Below, one piece after another: positions 63,862 through 64,000 of a stretch of 64,000 nt of DNA (position 1 is its first letter; each line of letters opens with the position of its first letter). The DNA is taken from assembly GCA_041940165.1 (NCBI GenBank), contig JBGTSR010000013.1, positions 94,797 through 158,796 of the forward strand. The letters are read 5' to 3'. Position numbers and translations under genes: made by a program. The stretch comes from Acidobacteriota bacterium. Lineage in GTDB: Bacteria > Acidobacteriota > Blastocatellia > Pyrinomonadales > Pyrinomonadaceae. The notes beneath the pieces were generated by a model, which ran no database searches, was not told where the DNA came from, and was given only the letters and a program-made list of their open reading frames with translations.

Positions 63862-64000
63862 TTACTCGCTGAACGGCAACTCCGTTTTTTCTCGGTCGAG
63901 CGTCACGACACAGTTTTCCTTATCCAGCACATATGGAGCACCGGTCGGGTCTACGAGGCGCCGCGAGCTATCGACGCGAAACTGCCTTCCCTCTGGCAGA
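63862..64000 (-). CDS. partial CDS, 3' end only (hypothetical; likely co-transcribed with the ABC ATPase)
   Basis: The minus-strand frame is open from the window edge to TAA at 63862-63864, 2 nt before the ABC ATPase ATG. Confidence 0.35.
   Translation of the reverse strand, partial: LPEGRQFRVDSSRRLVDPTGAPYVLDKENCVVTLDREKTELPFSE

Noticed and set aside
1-64000. Searched by eye for tRNA, rRNA or tmRNA genes, CRISPR repeats, transposases, integrases, phage genes, toxin-antitoxin pairs and known defence-system hallmarks (large NTPase or nuclease operons).
   Set aside because: None were found. The intergenic regions lack T-loop-like GGTTCGAATCC motifs, and no ORF carries DDE, tyrosine-recombinase or defence-type motifs that I can recognise. 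A covariance-model scan (tRNAscan, Infernal) would be needed to be certain.

Overview
GC-rich, densely coding bacterial chromosomal segment with about 50 credible CDSs on both strands. I saw no rRNA, tRNA, CRISPR array, transposase or integrase. All calls rest on motif recognition in the supplied ORF translations and on reading the nucleotide sequence; no database search was run. Start codons were moved inward where a signal peptide, an RBS or an overlap with the neighbouring gene supported it. The gene content points to an Acidobacteriota-like soil bacterium: many secreted peptidases, a secreted VWA protein, a giant beta-helix surface protein with a CarboxypepD_reg-like tail, and several c-di-GMP proteins. 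This taxonomic guess is inference only. Housekeeping and metabolic genes include priA, a fused glutamate formimidoyltransferase/cyclodeaminase, a cysteine desulfurase, a class-III aminotransferase, SDRs, an acyl desaturase and an ABC ATPase. Items most worth a second look: (1) a same-strand string at 42909-45722 of a radical-SAM enzyme with SPASM/twitch-like cysteines, a 73-aa seven-Cys zinc-ribbon ORF and an MGDG-synthase-like glycosyltransferase, which could be a lipid-tailoring or RiPP-like module; (2) a small secreted protein at 52623-52922 carrying six exact GIIIGD repeats; (3) two tandem, strongly promoted, low-complexity lipoprotein paralogs at 19640-20703, one built from 11-residue TAANxxxNAAN repeats; (4) a 2170-aa four-module beta-helix protein; (5) a 779-aa secreted protein with three ~130-aa repeats and a glycine-zipper tail; (6) helically phased GGGACAA repeats plus a palindrome upstream of the desaturase. 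None of these amounts to a demonstrated new system. Each is a hypothesis with a stated test.
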